In this document: positions 19,260-28,884 of the stretch, in pieces
How the letters are laid out: each line of letters starts with the position of its first letter
How positions within the stretch are numbered: position 1 is the first letter of the stretch
Assembly: GCA_016207905.1 (NCBI GenBank)
Contig: JACQZC010000045.1
Coordinates: forward strand, 3,614-67,613
DNA: 64,000 bases
From: Nitrospirota bacterium
GTDB taxonomy: Bacteria; Nitrospirota; Thermodesulfovibrionia; Thermodesulfovibrionales; JdFR-86
Reading direction: 5' to 3'
Position numbers and translations under genes: made by a program
The notes under the pieces: model-generated
The model's input: only the letters and a program-made list of their open reading frames with translations
Databases searched by the model: none
Told to the model about the DNA's origin: nothing

Positions 19260-20175
19260 TGATTTTTATCTCCGGTTTAAGGATTACACCGAATTTTTTC
19301 TTTACCTTTGATGAGACCATCTCCATGAGCCTGAGAAAATCCTCTGCATTACCGTTTCCTTTATTGATGAAGAAATTTGCATGTTTTTCGCTCACCTCGA
19401 TATCTCCAGCCCTCATGCCTTTACATCCAGCCGAATCTATAAGTTTTCCAGCAGAGACACCTCGTGGATTCTTAAACACGCATCCTGCAGACCGTTTACC
19501 AATGGGTTGAATACTTTTTCTTTCTTTAAGAAAACCGTCTATCCTCTTTGAGACATCCATAGGGTCATCAGGGAGTAACCTTAGCGTAGCCCTTGTAATA
19601 AAAAAACCATGAGGCAGTTTTACGCTTCTATATCCAAATACTACATCCCTTACATCATAAAGGCTGATATTTCCTAAGGCATCCATCATCGAGATATCGA
19701 TAATGACATCCTTTATCTCATAGCCGAATGCACCTGAATTGCCTGCAATTGCACCACCGAGTGTGCCTGGAATGCCCGAAAGCCCCTCGATGCCTTTGAG
19801 TCCTGTTTTCCTCGATAAAGCTACAATCTCCTGAAGCAAAAGCCCTGAATCAGCGATTATCGTAAATCTTTCGTCCTCAACCCTTAGTTCATTAAACATG
19901 CATAACGAGACGACTATGCCACGGATACCTTTGTCTTTTACAAGCACATTCGTGCCTTTCCCTATTGGAGTAATGGGTGTATCCGCATCCCTTGCAAGTC
20001 GTAGCACATGCCTGAGCGAGACGATATTTTCTGGAAATGCTAAGACATCGGCAGGACCTCCGATTCTTAAAGATGTATGTCTTTTCATTGGCTCACCAAA
20101 CAAAACCCTGCCCTTAAACACATCCCTTGAAAATATCTCTTTCACTAAAGTCTCTTCCTTCTTTAAGACATTCAT
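19237..20175 (-). CDS. murB: UDP-N-acetylenolpyruvoylglucosamine reductase
   Basis: 312 aa with an FAD-binding domain (LRIGGPADV, GKGTNVLV) and a MurB C-terminal domain. Confidence 0.93.
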   Translation of the reverse strand: MNVLKKEETLVKEIFSRDVFKGRVLFGEPMKRHTSLRIGGPADVLAFPENIVSLRHVLRLARDADTPITPIGKGTNVLVKDKGIRGIVVSLCMFNELRVEDERFTIIADSGLLLQEIVALSRKTGLKGIEGLSGIPGTLGGAIAGNSGAFGYEIKDVIIDISMMDALGNISLYDVRDVVFGYRSVKLPHGFFITRATLRLLPDDPMDVSKRIDGFLKERKSIQPIGKRSAGCVFKNPRGVSAGKLIDSAGCKGMRAGDIEVSEKHANFFINKGNGNAEDFLRLMEMVSSKVKKKFGVILKPEIKIIGGETAD

Positions 20176-21545
20176 CTTTCCATTAGCCTCTTAAGTATCT
20201 CCTCGCCTACTTTGTAGACATCGCCTGCCCCGAGGGTTAAAAGTGTCTCTCCTAACTTAAGATGTCCTGATATATGTTCAATCATTTCCTGTCTGTCAGA
20301 GATAAATATGACGCCTTTGTGCCTTTTTTTAATCTTCTTAGAAAGTGCCTCTGATGTTATGCCCTTTATGGGTTTTTCTCCTGCAGGATAGATATCCATA
20401 AGGAAAAGTGTGTCTGCATCGTCAAAGGATTTCAGAAACTCCTCAAACAGGCTTTTTGTCCTTGTATATCTATGAGGCTGGAATATAACGGAAAGGCTTC
20501 CTTTTTTAATGGACTGTCTAAGTGCCCTTAGGGTTGCCTTTATCTCAGAGGGGTGATGCCCGTAGTCGTCATAGAGCTTAATGCCTTTAGTTTCACCTTT
20601 GAATTCAAGTCTTCTCTCGATGCCCTTAAAACCTTCTAAAGCCTCTTTTATCTTTTTAATATCTATCTGAAGCTCTAATGCCACTCCTATAGCGGCAAGG
20701 CTGTTAAGGGCATTGTGAGTGCCTGCAAGCGGAACCTGAAACCTTCCAAGATTTTTGCCCCTTAGGTGGACATTAAAGCTCACAGCCATCCCATGTATTT
20801 TTAAGGCATCTGCCCTAAGCCCTGCATCATCCGAAAAGCCGTATGTAAGTGTGCGCCTGCTCACGGATGGAATAAGCTCCCTTATATACTCGTTGTCTAT
20901 GCATAAGATGGAAATGCCATAAAACGGAACCTTATCCATAAAAGAAAGGAATGCCGATTTAAGACGGTCCATTGTCTTAAAAAACTCCATATGCTCTCTG
21001 TCTATGTTTGTGACCACCGAGATAGTGGGGCTTAGCTTAAGAAACGAGCCGTCGGATTCATCAGCCTCAGCAACTATGAAGTTACCCCTGCCCAATCTTG
21101 CATTAGTTCCTAATGCATTGAGTTTTCCGCCGATAACCACAGTCGGGTCAAGCCCTGCATGGGCAAGGATGGTCGATATAAGGGATGTGGTTGTTGTCTT
21201 TCCATGTGCTCCTGCAACTAATACGGAATATTTAAGTCTTCCAATCTCAGCGAGCATCTCAGCTCTCGGTATTACGGGTATTGCCCTTTTGTTTGCCTCG
21301 ATGACCTCGACATTTTCCTTTGACACAGCAGATGAGATGACAACCACATGAGCAGTCTTTATGTTTTCTTCCCTGTGCCCGATATAAATCTTTGCACCAA
21401 GTTTTCTCAGCCTCTTTGTGTTGTCGGAGTCTTTTAAATCCGAGCCAGTTACCTCATAGCCTAAGTTCAGAAGCACCTCTGCTATGCCGCTCATGCCGAT
21501 TCCGCCTATTCCTATGAAATGTATCACTCTGTAGCGCTCAAACAT
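20172..21545 (-). CDS. murC: UDP-N-acetylmuramate--L-alanine ligase
   Basis: HFIGIGGIGMSGIA, P-loop GAHGKTTTT, EADESD, and NIDREHMEFF Mur-ligase motifs. Confidence 0.95.
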   Translation of the reverse strand: MFERYRVIHFIGIGGIGMSGIAEVLLNLGYEVTGSDLKDSDNTKRLRKLGAKIYIGHREENIKTAHVVVISSAVSKENVEVIEANKRAIPVIPRAEMLAEIGRLKYSVLVAGAHGKTTTTSLISTILAHAGLDPTVVIGGKLNALGTNARLGRGNFIVAEADESDGSFLKLSPTISVVTNIDREHMEFFKTMDRLKSAFLSFMDKVPFYGISILCIDNEYIRELIPSVSRRTLTYGFSDDAGLRADALKIHGMAVSFNVHLRGKNLGRFQVPLAGTHNALNSLAAIGVALELQIDIKKIKEALEGFKGIERRLEFKGETKGIKLYDDYGHHPSEIKATLRALRQSIKKGSLSVIFQPHRYTRTKSLFEEFLKSFDDADTLFLMDIYPAGEKPIKGITSEALSKKIKKRHKGVIFISDRQEMIEHISGHLKLGETLLTLGAGDVYKVGEEILKRLMER

Positions 21546-21547
21546 AT

Positions 21548-22657
21548 TCAGGACTTCTTCTTCAGGTTTATAAGGCTTAAGGCGATGTTAACGACCTTCT
21601 CTCCTGAATCCGGCATCCCCATGGCAAGGCTCTGTTTTTTCATCCCAGCCCTCAGGTCCTCGGACATATATATCTCCTTTATGTTTTGGGCAAGGACTTC
21701 GCCCCTTAACTCAACCTCCAATATCAGTCTTGAAGCCCCTGCCTCGGCGAGTTTCCTTGCATTGAACTCCTGATGTCCCCGAGCATAAGGATAGGGAATT
21801 AATATGGCAGGCTTTCCTAATGCCGTAATCTCTGCAAGCGTCGTTGCACCTGCCCTCGATATAACAAGGTCAGCAACCGAGTATGCCTCTGCCATCTGAT
21901 ATATGAAAGGCGTAACCATTGCAAATATGCCGCTTTTCCTGTACGCATTTCTTATACTTTCATAATCGGCATCTCCTGTCTGATGCAAAAACTGCACATT
22001 GCCCTTTATGTCAAAAAGGTAATTAAGACAGTTGACGACTGCATTGTTTATGCTTCTTGAGCCTGAGCTTCCGCCTGAGACGAATACCGTAAACATATCC
22101 TCCTTTAAAGAGAAAATCTCATATGCGGATTTCCTGTCTAAGTGAGGAGAAAGCATCTTACGCCTGATTGGGTTTCCAGTAAGACGGGTCTTTGAGATTG
22201 GAAAAAATGTAATGCTTTCGTGATAGGTGACTGCTATGGCATCCACAAACCTTCCAAGCACCCTATTAGCCATGCCTGGCACAAGGTTCTGCTCCATGAT
22301 AAGGGTTGGAATGCCCAAAAGGCATGCCATTCCTACAGGCACAAAAGAGGCATATCCGCCTGTACCTATCACTATATCGGGCTTGATAGCCTTAAGAAGA
22401 TCCCTCGAATAAAAAACCGCACTACACATCTTTATCAAGGACTTTATCTTTTTAACAGGCGATTTCCCCACAAAGCCCTCGGCAGGTATAAACCTGACTG
22501 GATAGCCCTCCTTGGGTATCAGCCTTGACTCTATGCCATGCTCTGTGCCTATGAAAATCACCTCTGCCTTTTCATTTCTATGTTTAAACTCCTCTGCCAC
22601 TGCTATGCCGGGCAATACATGTCCGCCTGTGCCTCCGCCTGCAATCACGATTTTCAC
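21548..22657 (-). CDS. murG: undecaprenyldiphospho-muramoylpentapeptide beta-N-acetylglucosaminyltransferase
   Basis: The N-terminus IAGGGTGGHVLPGIAVA and overall GT28 sequence. Confidence 0.95.
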   Translation of the reverse strand: MKIVIAGGGTGGHVLPGIAVAEEFKHRNEKAEVIFIGTEHGIESRLIPKEGYPVRFIPAEGFVGKSPVKKIKSLIKMCSAVFYSRDLLKAIKPDIVIGTGGYASFVPVGMACLLGIPTLIMEQNLVPGMANRVLGRFVDAIAVTYHESITFFPISKTRLTGNPIRRKMLSPHLDRKSAYEIFSLKEDMFTVFVSGGSSGSRSINNAVVNCLNYLFDIKGNVQFLHQTGDADYESIRNAYRKSGIFAMVTPFIYQMAEAYSVADLVISRAGATTLAEITALGKPAILIPYPYARGHQEFNARKLAEAGASRLILEVELRGEVLAQNIKEIYMSEDLRAGMKKQSLAMGMPDSGEKVVNIALSLINLKKKS

Positions 22658-23844
22658 TGCACATTCCCATAGACTTTTCTTCTTGCCCGCTTAAGCTTCA
22701 TAATGTCCTCTATCCCATCGAGCCTGTTGACCATTGCCTTTTCATGTCCTGCCTTCGAGACATTAAGCAGTATGCCTATTCCTGTCATGTTTACAAGCAA
22801 AGATGAGCCTCCATAACTTATAAATGGAAGGGGCAAGCCCTTTGTCGGTGCAAGCCCGGTCACTACAAAAAAGTTCATGAGTGCCTGAACCGCTATCATT
22901 ATCGTCAGACCAAACGAAAGATAATATATAAACGGCTGGGTGCTGTTTTTATCCGCAATCAACACACCCCTTATAAAGAGAAATGCAAAGAGAAAAACGA
23001 CGAATGCGGCAATTATGAACCCTAATTCCTCGCCCACTATAGAAAAAATGAAATCCGTATGCACCTCGGGCAAAAAGGAAAGTTTCTGTCTTCCGTTTCC
23101 AAGACCAACTCCTGTAAGACCTCCACTTCCAAGGGCAATAAAAGACTGAACGAGCTGAAATCCACTTCCCTGTGCATCCTGCCATGGGTTAAGAAAGGCA
23201 GTTATCCTTTTCAGCCTGTAAGGCTCCATGAGAAGCTTTAATACTACAGGCACTGCCATTGCAAGCAAAGCCAAAAGGTATCTCAGCCTGATGCCTGAGA
23301 TGAAAAGCATAGAGACAGTCAGGATGCCGAGAGTAACGGTTGCCCCGAAATCAGGCTGTAAAAGGAACATTACCTGAAATACTGCCATTACCGAAAGAGG
23401 CACTGCAATAGAGTAAAACCTTTCTGCCTTGAACCCCGAAGAAGACATATAACTTGCAATGAAGATTACCATCGAGAGCTTAGCAAGCTCCGAGGGCTGA
23501 AAGGTCATTACTCCAAGCCTTATCCATCTGGTTGCCCTGCCTGCAGTAACACCAATGCCCGGGACAAAAACAAGGATTAAAAGAACGAAAGAAAGAACGA
23601 GAAGGGGTATGGAGAGCTTCATAAGAAGCCTTGGCTTTACCCTATATGCAAAGACCATCATAACGAGGCTCACTGCCATTGTAAGGAGATACCTCAGAAA
23701 ATAGTAAAACGGTGTAAGGTTCTTTTTCTCAGGCGTTATAACGGATGTCGAGCTATACACCATAAGTGCACCAAAACCCATAAGGGCAAAGACAATAATA
23801 AGAAGCCATCTATCGAATGTCCTAAATGGTGCTATAGTCTCCAC
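22654..23844 (-). CDS. ftsW: FtsW/SEDS-family peptidoglycan glycosyltransferase
   Basis: A 396-aa polytopic SEDS protein (FQPSELAKL, LPEVHTDFIFS, PFISYGGSS). Its position in the dcw cluster fits. Confidence 0.9.
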   Translation of the reverse strand: METIAPFRTFDRWLLIIVFALMGFGALMVYSSTSVITPEKKNLTPFYYFLRYLLTMAVSLVMMVFAYRVKPRLLMKLSIPLLVLSFVLLILVFVPGIGVTAGRATRWIRLGVMTFQPSELAKLSMVIFIASYMSSSGFKAERFYSIAVPLSVMAVFQVMFLLQPDFGATVTLGILTVSMLFISGIRLRYLLALLAMAVPVVLKLLMEPYRLKRITAFLNPWQDAQGSGFQLVQSFIALGSGGLTGVGLGNGRQKLSFLPEVHTDFIFSIVGEELGFIIAAFVVFLFAFLFIRGVLIADKNSTQPFIYYLSFGLTIMIAVQALMNFFVVTGLAPTKGLPLPFISYGGSSLLVNMTGIGILLNVSKAGHEKAMVNRLDGIEDIMKLKRARRKVYGNVQ

Positions 23845-24965
23845 ACTGCCTCCTTGAACCTCTCCCCTCTGTCCTCGAAATCCCTGAACATGTCAAAGCT
23901 TGTGCAGGCAGGCGAAAGAAGAACTACATCACCCCTGTCAGCAATCTCTTTTGAGAGCTTGACCGCAGAGCTCATGTCATTTTCAAGCATGCATGGAACA
24001 ATGTCTCCTAATGCAGACCTTATCTTTTCTTTAGCCTCTCCTATGAGAACTAAAGCCTTCACCCTTTCCCTTACGAGGTCTCTCAGGGTTGTGAAATCCC
24101 CTGCCTTATCCCTTCCGCCTGCAATAAGGACGATGGGGTTCGAGAAACTCTCGAGGGATTTAAGCACAGCACCTACATTCGTGCCTTTTGAGTCATTTAC
24201 GAATGTCACGCCATTTAGCTCTCTTACGAATTCAAGCCTGTGTGGAAGTCCTCGGAATTCCCTGAGTGCCTGCCTGATTGCATCGGCGTGACAGCCTGCA
24301 AGGAGAGCCATGGCAGAGCCTGCCATGGCATTCTCCAGGTTATGAACCCCTTTAATGGCGATGTCATCCAAAGACATAAGAAAACCTTTTCCAATGGGCA
24401 TATCGTAGTAAATCCCGTTGCCTTTTAAGTAAACACCCTTTACTTCATGAAGCCTCGAGAAGAAAAAAACCTTTGACCTTATATCTCCTTTGAGTGCCTT
24501 CAGTGTCTCAGGGTCATCGTGCTCTCCTGTTATTGCATTTCCAATATTTCCGCCAAGGATTGTGTTTTTGCCTGCCTTTTGGAGCATAAGGTTAAGAAGC
24601 GAAGTGGTAGTGGATTTTCCATTAGTGCCTGTGACCGCATAAAACGGAATCCTCTCTCCTACAACCCGATATGCAAGCTCAAGCTCGCCTATTGTCTTTA
24701 TGCCCTTTGCCCTTGCCTTCCCAAGAGGCTCTATACCCATTGGCACACCAGGGCTTACTACAATCAGGTCTATGTCATGCATATCCTCAGGATGACCACC
24801 GAGCATCTGCTTGGCAGAAGGCGAAAGCATTTTTATAAATTCCATAAGCTCTTCTTTGGATTTCTTGTCGGTAACAGTTACATCTGCACCGAGACTCAAA
24901 AGCAGGTTAGTCGCACAAACACCGCTTTTTTGAAGTCCAAAGACAAGCACCTTTTTGCCCTTCAT
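23832..24965 (-). CDS. murD: UDP-N-acetylmuramoylalanine--D-glutamate ligase, internally shortened (about 377 aa)
   Basis: Rossmann N-terminus VLVFGLQKSG, P-loop GTNGKSTTT, and a MurD-type C-terminal half (GVHNLENA, GLPHRLE, NDSKGTN, LLSPACTSFD). The ATG at 24965 has AGGAG 5 nt upstream. The E-SS-Q and N-x-x-x-DH-D central-domain motifs are absent (see findings). Confidence 0.8.
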   Translation of the reverse strand: MKGKKVLVFGLQKSGVCATNLLLSLGADVTVTDKKSKEELMEFIKMLSPSAKQMLGGHPEDMHDIDLIVVSPGVPMGIEPLGKARAKGIKTIGELELAYRVVGERIPFYAVTGTNGKSTTTSLLNLMLQKAGKNTILGGNIGNAITGEHDDPETLKALKGDIRSKVFFFSRLHEVKGVYLKGNGIYYDMPIGKGFLMSLDDIAIKGVHNLENAMAGSAMALLAGCHADAIRQALREFRGLPHRLEFVRELNGVTFVNDSKGTNVGAVLKSLESFSNPIVLIAGGRDKAGDFTTLRDLVRERVKALVLIGEAKEKIRSALGDIVPCMLENDMSSAVKLSKEIADRGDVVLLSPACTSFDMFRDFEDRGERFKEAVWRL

Positions 24966-24996
24966 GGTAACTCCTACATCCACCTCCATATCATCC

Positions 24997-26079
24997 TCAC
25001 CTCACCTTTAGTGTTGCAAGACTTAAAAGGGCAAGCATAATGCCTGCTATCCAAAACCTTACTATTACCTTTGGCTCGGGCCATCCTTTAAGCTCAAAGT
25101 GGTGATGTATCGGAGCCATCTTGAAGAGCCTTTTGCCTGTTAGCTTAAAGGATGCTACCTGAAGCAAAACCGAGATGGTCTCTGCAACGAATATCCCGCC
25201 CACAAGGGCAAGCACTATCTCATGTTTTGTAATGACTGCCAGTGTGCCTAATGCACCTCCAAGCCCTAAAGAGCCTACATCGCCCATGAATATGTCAGCA
25301 GGGTATGAGTTATACCAGAGGAATCCCAATGCCGCTCCAAACATCGCACCGCAAAACACCGTTAGCTCTCCTGTGGCAGGCAGATAAAGCACCTGTAGGT
25401 AGTCTGCAAGCCCTCTATGTCCTGATATATAAACGAGCACACTGGTTGCAAGGGTTGCAATTCCCACAAGACCTATGGCAAGCCCGTCTATGCCGTCTGT
25501 AAGGTTCACTGCATTGGATGCACCAACCATAACGAACATTGCAAACGGTATGTAAAACACCCCTAAGTCGAAAAGCCATCTCTTAAAGAAAGGCACACTT
25601 AAAACAGCAGGGAACGGGTCATCGGGGTTTATATATAAGAAGATGGTTATAGCCAGAGAAAGCACTATCTGAAAGCCAAACTTATAGCATGGCCTTAACC
25701 CCTTTGGGTTTTTCTTTGCTACCTTTAGGTAATCGTCTGCAAACCCGATTGCACCGAATCCTATAAGGCTCATGAGCATCATAAGGACATAGATGTTTTC
25801 GAGATTCCCCCATAAAAGCATAGAGGTCATTATAGAGGCGATTATGACTATTCCGCCCATCGTGGGCGTGCCTGCCTTGCCCATATGAATACTTGGTCCA
25901 TCGTCCCTTATCTGCTGGGTAATCTGAAGTCTCCTTAATGCCCTTACAAGCAAAGGGCAAAGGACATATGTAAGGAAAGTCGCTGTAAGGATTGCCAGTG
26001 CAGTCCTGAATGTTATGTACCTGAATACATTAAATGGAGAGTATATCTCATGAAGACTATAAAGGAGTTTATAAAGCAT
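24997..26079 (-). CDS. mraY: phospho-N-acetylmuramoyl-pentapeptide transferase
   Basis: 360 aa with typical MraY sequence (GTPTMGG, NAVNLTDGIDGLA, PIHHHFE). Confidence 0.95.
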   Translation of the reverse strand: MLYKLLYSLHEIYSPFNVFRYITFRTALAILTATFLTYVLCPLLVRALRRLQITQQIRDDGPSIHMGKAGTPTMGGIVIIASIMTSMLLWGNLENIYVLMMLMSLIGFGAIGFADDYLKVAKKNPKGLRPCYKFGFQIVLSLAITIFLYINPDDPFPAVLSVPFFKRWLFDLGVFYIPFAMFVMVGASNAVNLTDGIDGLAIGLVGIATLATSVLVYISGHRGLADYLQVLYLPATGELTVFCGAMFGAALGFLWYNSYPADIFMGDVGSLGLGGALGTLAVITKHEIVLALVGGIFVAETISVLLQVASFKLTGKRLFKMAPIHHHFELKGWPEPKVIVRFWIAGIMLALLSLATLKVR

Positions 26080-27430
26080 CTTCTATCACCCTTTCCATCT
26101 TCATTCCTCTTGAGCCTTTAACGAGAACTATGTCTTCATCCCTCATCTCGTTAAGGAGAAGGCTTTTAGCTGACTCGGAATCTTCTGCCTTTACCGAGAC
26201 TCCAGAGAAACTATCCGCAGAAAGACTCATAAGAGGACCAACTGCTATTAACAAATCCACAGGCAGTCCAGACATCCATGAGCCTAATTTTCTATGGGCA
26301 GTCTCTCCATAAGGACCTAACTCAAGCATATCTCCAAGAACAGCAATCGCCCTGCCACTCCTACCCTCTTTAAGCCTTATCATCTCCTTTATTGCCTCTT
26401 CCATGGATGCAGGGTTTGCATTATATACATCGCTAAGCAGGGTTACATTAGCCATCCTCTTTATCTCAAACCTCATTGGTACTCCCTTAAAGTCCTGAAG
26501 CCCACTCTTTATATCCTCAGTGCCGATGCCAAAGATATAGCCTATAGATGAGCCTGCAAGTGCATTGTAGATATTGAAGAGCCCTCCAACCTTGAGATTC
26601 ACCATAACCGAGTCTTTACCTATGTGAAGAAGAAACTTCGAGCCCCTGTCAGAGACCTCTATATCGTCTGCATATACATCCAATTCTTTGCCATGTATGC
26701 CATATCTTATGATTCTACCCTTATAGCCATTTATTCCTTCAAGGAGGAAACTGTCATCTGCATTCACCGAAACAGTGTGAACCGTCTCGAGCAGTTCACA
26801 CTTTGTCTTTCTCAGTGTGTGAATATCTCCAAAGCCCTCAAGGTGTGCATGCCCTATGTTTGTGACAACCCCATAGCCGGGCGAGGCTATAGCACAAAGC
26901 TCTTTTATGTCACCCGGTGCACTTGCACCCATCTCGAGGACAACTGCATCGTGCTCAGGCTCGATGCTCGAAAGGCTAAGCGGAAGCCCAATCTGGTTAT
27001 TAAGGTTTCCTGAGTTTTTAAGGACCCTGAATTTTGAGCCGAGTATTCCTGCGACAAGCTCCTTTGTGGTTGTCTTTCCATTCGTTCCAGTTATAGCAAT
27101 AACAGGTATGTCCTTTTTGATTCTTAGAAAATGGGCTATGTCCTGAAGAGCCCTCAAGGTATTTCCTACGCATATCAGGGTCTTTTTCCTCTTAAAACCA
27201 TTTGGAGGCTCAGAAGGCGGAATGCTTACCAGAGCACCATCTCCTTTTTTTAATGCCTCATGGAGAAAGTCATGCCCATCGAAATTATAGCCCTTCAGTG
27301 CTATGAAGAGCTCTCCATCTTTGATTGTCCTCGAATCAATGGATATGGCAGGGAACTCTTCCATTTCGCCATAAATGCGTTTGCCTCTGGTTGCCTCTAA
27401 TATATCCTTAAGTATAAGTGTTGCCATCAT
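26069..27430 (-). CDS. murF: UDP-N-acetylmuramoyl-tripeptide--D-alanyl-D-alanine ligase
   Basis: P-loop GTNGKTTT, EMGA, and NIGHAHLEGF motifs. It lies between murE and mraY. Confidence 0.93.
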   Translation of the reverse strand: MMATLILKDILEATRGKRIYGEMEEFPAISIDSRTIKDGELFIALKGYNFDGHDFLHEALKKGDGALVSIPPSEPPNGFKRKKTLICVGNTLRALQDIAHFLRIKKDIPVIAITGTNGKTTTKELVAGILGSKFRVLKNSGNLNNQIGLPLSLSSIEPEHDAVVLEMGASAPGDIKELCAIASPGYGVVTNIGHAHLEGFGDIHTLRKTKCELLETVHTVSVNADDSFLLEGINGYKGRIIRYGIHGKELDVYADDIEVSDRGSKFLLHIGKDSVMVNLKVGGLFNIYNALAGSSIGYIFGIGTEDIKSGLQDFKGVPMRFEIKRMANVTLLSDVYNANPASMEEAIKEMIRLKEGRSGRAIAVLGDMLELGPYGETAHRKLGSWMSGLPVDLLIAVGPLMSLSADSFSGVSVKAEDSESAKSLLLNEMRDEDIVLVKGSRGMKMERVIEDAL

Positions 27431-28884
27431 TTCATCTTTTCCCTTATTGCCTTTTCTGCCTCCTGCCTGTCTGAAAATGGTAGCCTCTTACCTTTTGTTT
27501 CCTGATAATCCTCATGCCCTTTGCCTGCAATGATAACCGAGTCTTCTGTGCCTGCCTCCATGACTGCCTGCCGAATTGCAGAGCTTCTATCAGGAACGAT
27601 GTGGTAGTTTTCTTTTGTAATCCCTGAGAGTATGTCTTTTATAATCTCCATTGGCTCTTCTGCCCTTGGGTTGTCGGATGTTATATAGACTATGTCGCTT
27701 AGCTCAGTGGCAGAGCTTCCCATAAGAGGCCTTTTGCCCCTGTCCCTTTGTCCTCCACAGCCAAACACTGTTATGACCCTTCCCCTCTGCTTCGGGGTTA
27801 CATCACGGGCAGTAAGGATAAGCATCCTTAGTGCATCTTCTGTGTGGGCATAATCTACCACGCAAAGGAAATCCTGTCCCAAAGAGACTTTTTCGAACCT
27901 TCCCTTTACATTTCCCGTTTCTTTTATAGCAGTCTTTATCACATCCCATTTAATGCCCATGGATAGGGACACGGCAGTCGAGGAAAGGATGTTATACACA
28001 TTCGGAATGCCAACCATTGGAGAGTTAACCCTGAAATTGCTTTCACCATGCCTTATGACAAAGGAAATGCCATCAACCGAGTTTTCGATATCCACTGCCT
28101 TCAATTCAGCAGCCTTTTGGATGCCATATGTTATTACCTTTGCCTTTGTATGCCTTATAAGCTCCTTTCCATATGGGTCATCGATATTTATTACTGCAGT
28201 TCCGTTTTTATCGAGAAGCTCTACGAAAAGTCTTTTCTTTGCCTCAAAGTACTCCTTCATTGTCCCATGGAAGTCCAGATGGTCTCTTGTGAGATTCGTA
28301 AACACAGCAACACTGAATCTCGTATAATCCACCCTTTTTAAAGATAGGGCATGCGAGGAGACCTCTGAGACCGTATGACTTAATCCAGCCTTAAGCATCT
28401 CAAAGAGGAGCGACTGAAACTCCAATGCCTCTGGTGTGGTATGGGGCGCAGGGAAAGACCTATCGCCTATGACATAATTTATTGTGCCGATAAGTCCTGT
28501 CTTTTTACCGCTCTTCTCAAGTATGGATTTAATAAGATACGAGGTAGTCGTCTTTCCATTAGTGCCTGTAATGCCTATAACAGAAAGCCTTTCTGAGGGC
28601 CTTTCGTAAAAATTATTAGAGACAAAGGCAAGTGAAGACCTTGTGTCAGGAACTTGGATAAATGGGATTGCAGACTGTTTGTTCTCGCAAATGACTGTAG
28701 ATGCACCTCTTTTAATGGCATCCGGGATAAAGTCATGTCCATCGAGGTTAAGCCCTTTCAAAGCAACAAAGAGGTCTCCGGGCATGACCTTTCTTGAGTC
28801 ATAGTTAATCTGCCTGATGTCTATATCGGTGTCTGCACTGATGTTAAGTGTTTCCATATCCTCGATAAGCCTTTTCAATGTCAT
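27427..28884 (-). CDS. murE: UDP-N-acetylmuramoyl-L-alanyl-D-glutamate--2,6-diaminopimelate ligase
   Basis: P-loop GTNGKTTT, EVSSHAL, NLTRDHLDFH, and a DNPR motif consistent with meso-DAP specificity. Confidence 0.95.
   Translation of the reverse strand: MTLKRLIEDMETLNISADTDIDIRQINYDSRKVMPGDLFVALKGLNLDGHDFIPDAIKRGASTVICENKQSAIPFIQVPDTRSSLAFVSNNFYERPSERLSVIGITGTNGKTTTSYLIKSILEKSGKKTGLIGTINYVIGDRSFPAPHTTPEALEFQSLLFEMLKAGLSHTVSEVSSHALSLKRVDYTRFSVAVFTNLTRDHLDFHGTMKEYFEAKKRLFVELLDKNGTAVINIDDPYGKELIRHTKAKVITYGIQKAAELKAVDIENSVDGISFVIRHGESNFRVNSPMVGIPNVYNILSSTAVSLSMGIKWDVIKTAIKETGNVKGRFEKVSLGQDFLCVVDYAHTEDALRMLILTARDVTPKQRGRVITVFGCGGQRDRGKRPLMGSSATELSDIVYITSDNPRAEEPMEIIKDILSGITKENYHIVPDRSSAIRQAVMEAGTEDSVIIAGKGHEDYQETKGKRLPFSDRQEAEKAIREKMK

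Noticed and set aside
22277-22292. TGGCACAAGGTTCTGC sigma54-like sequence
   Set aside because: The spacing to the GC is one nucleotide too long, and it lies on the + strand inside, and antisense to, murG.
24519-25040. 173-aa + strand ORF spanning the murD/mraY junction
   Set aside because: It is antisense to two conserved dcw genes and is Cys/His/Leu-rich junk. I considered it as a carrier of the missing murD segment, but it is on the wrong strand.
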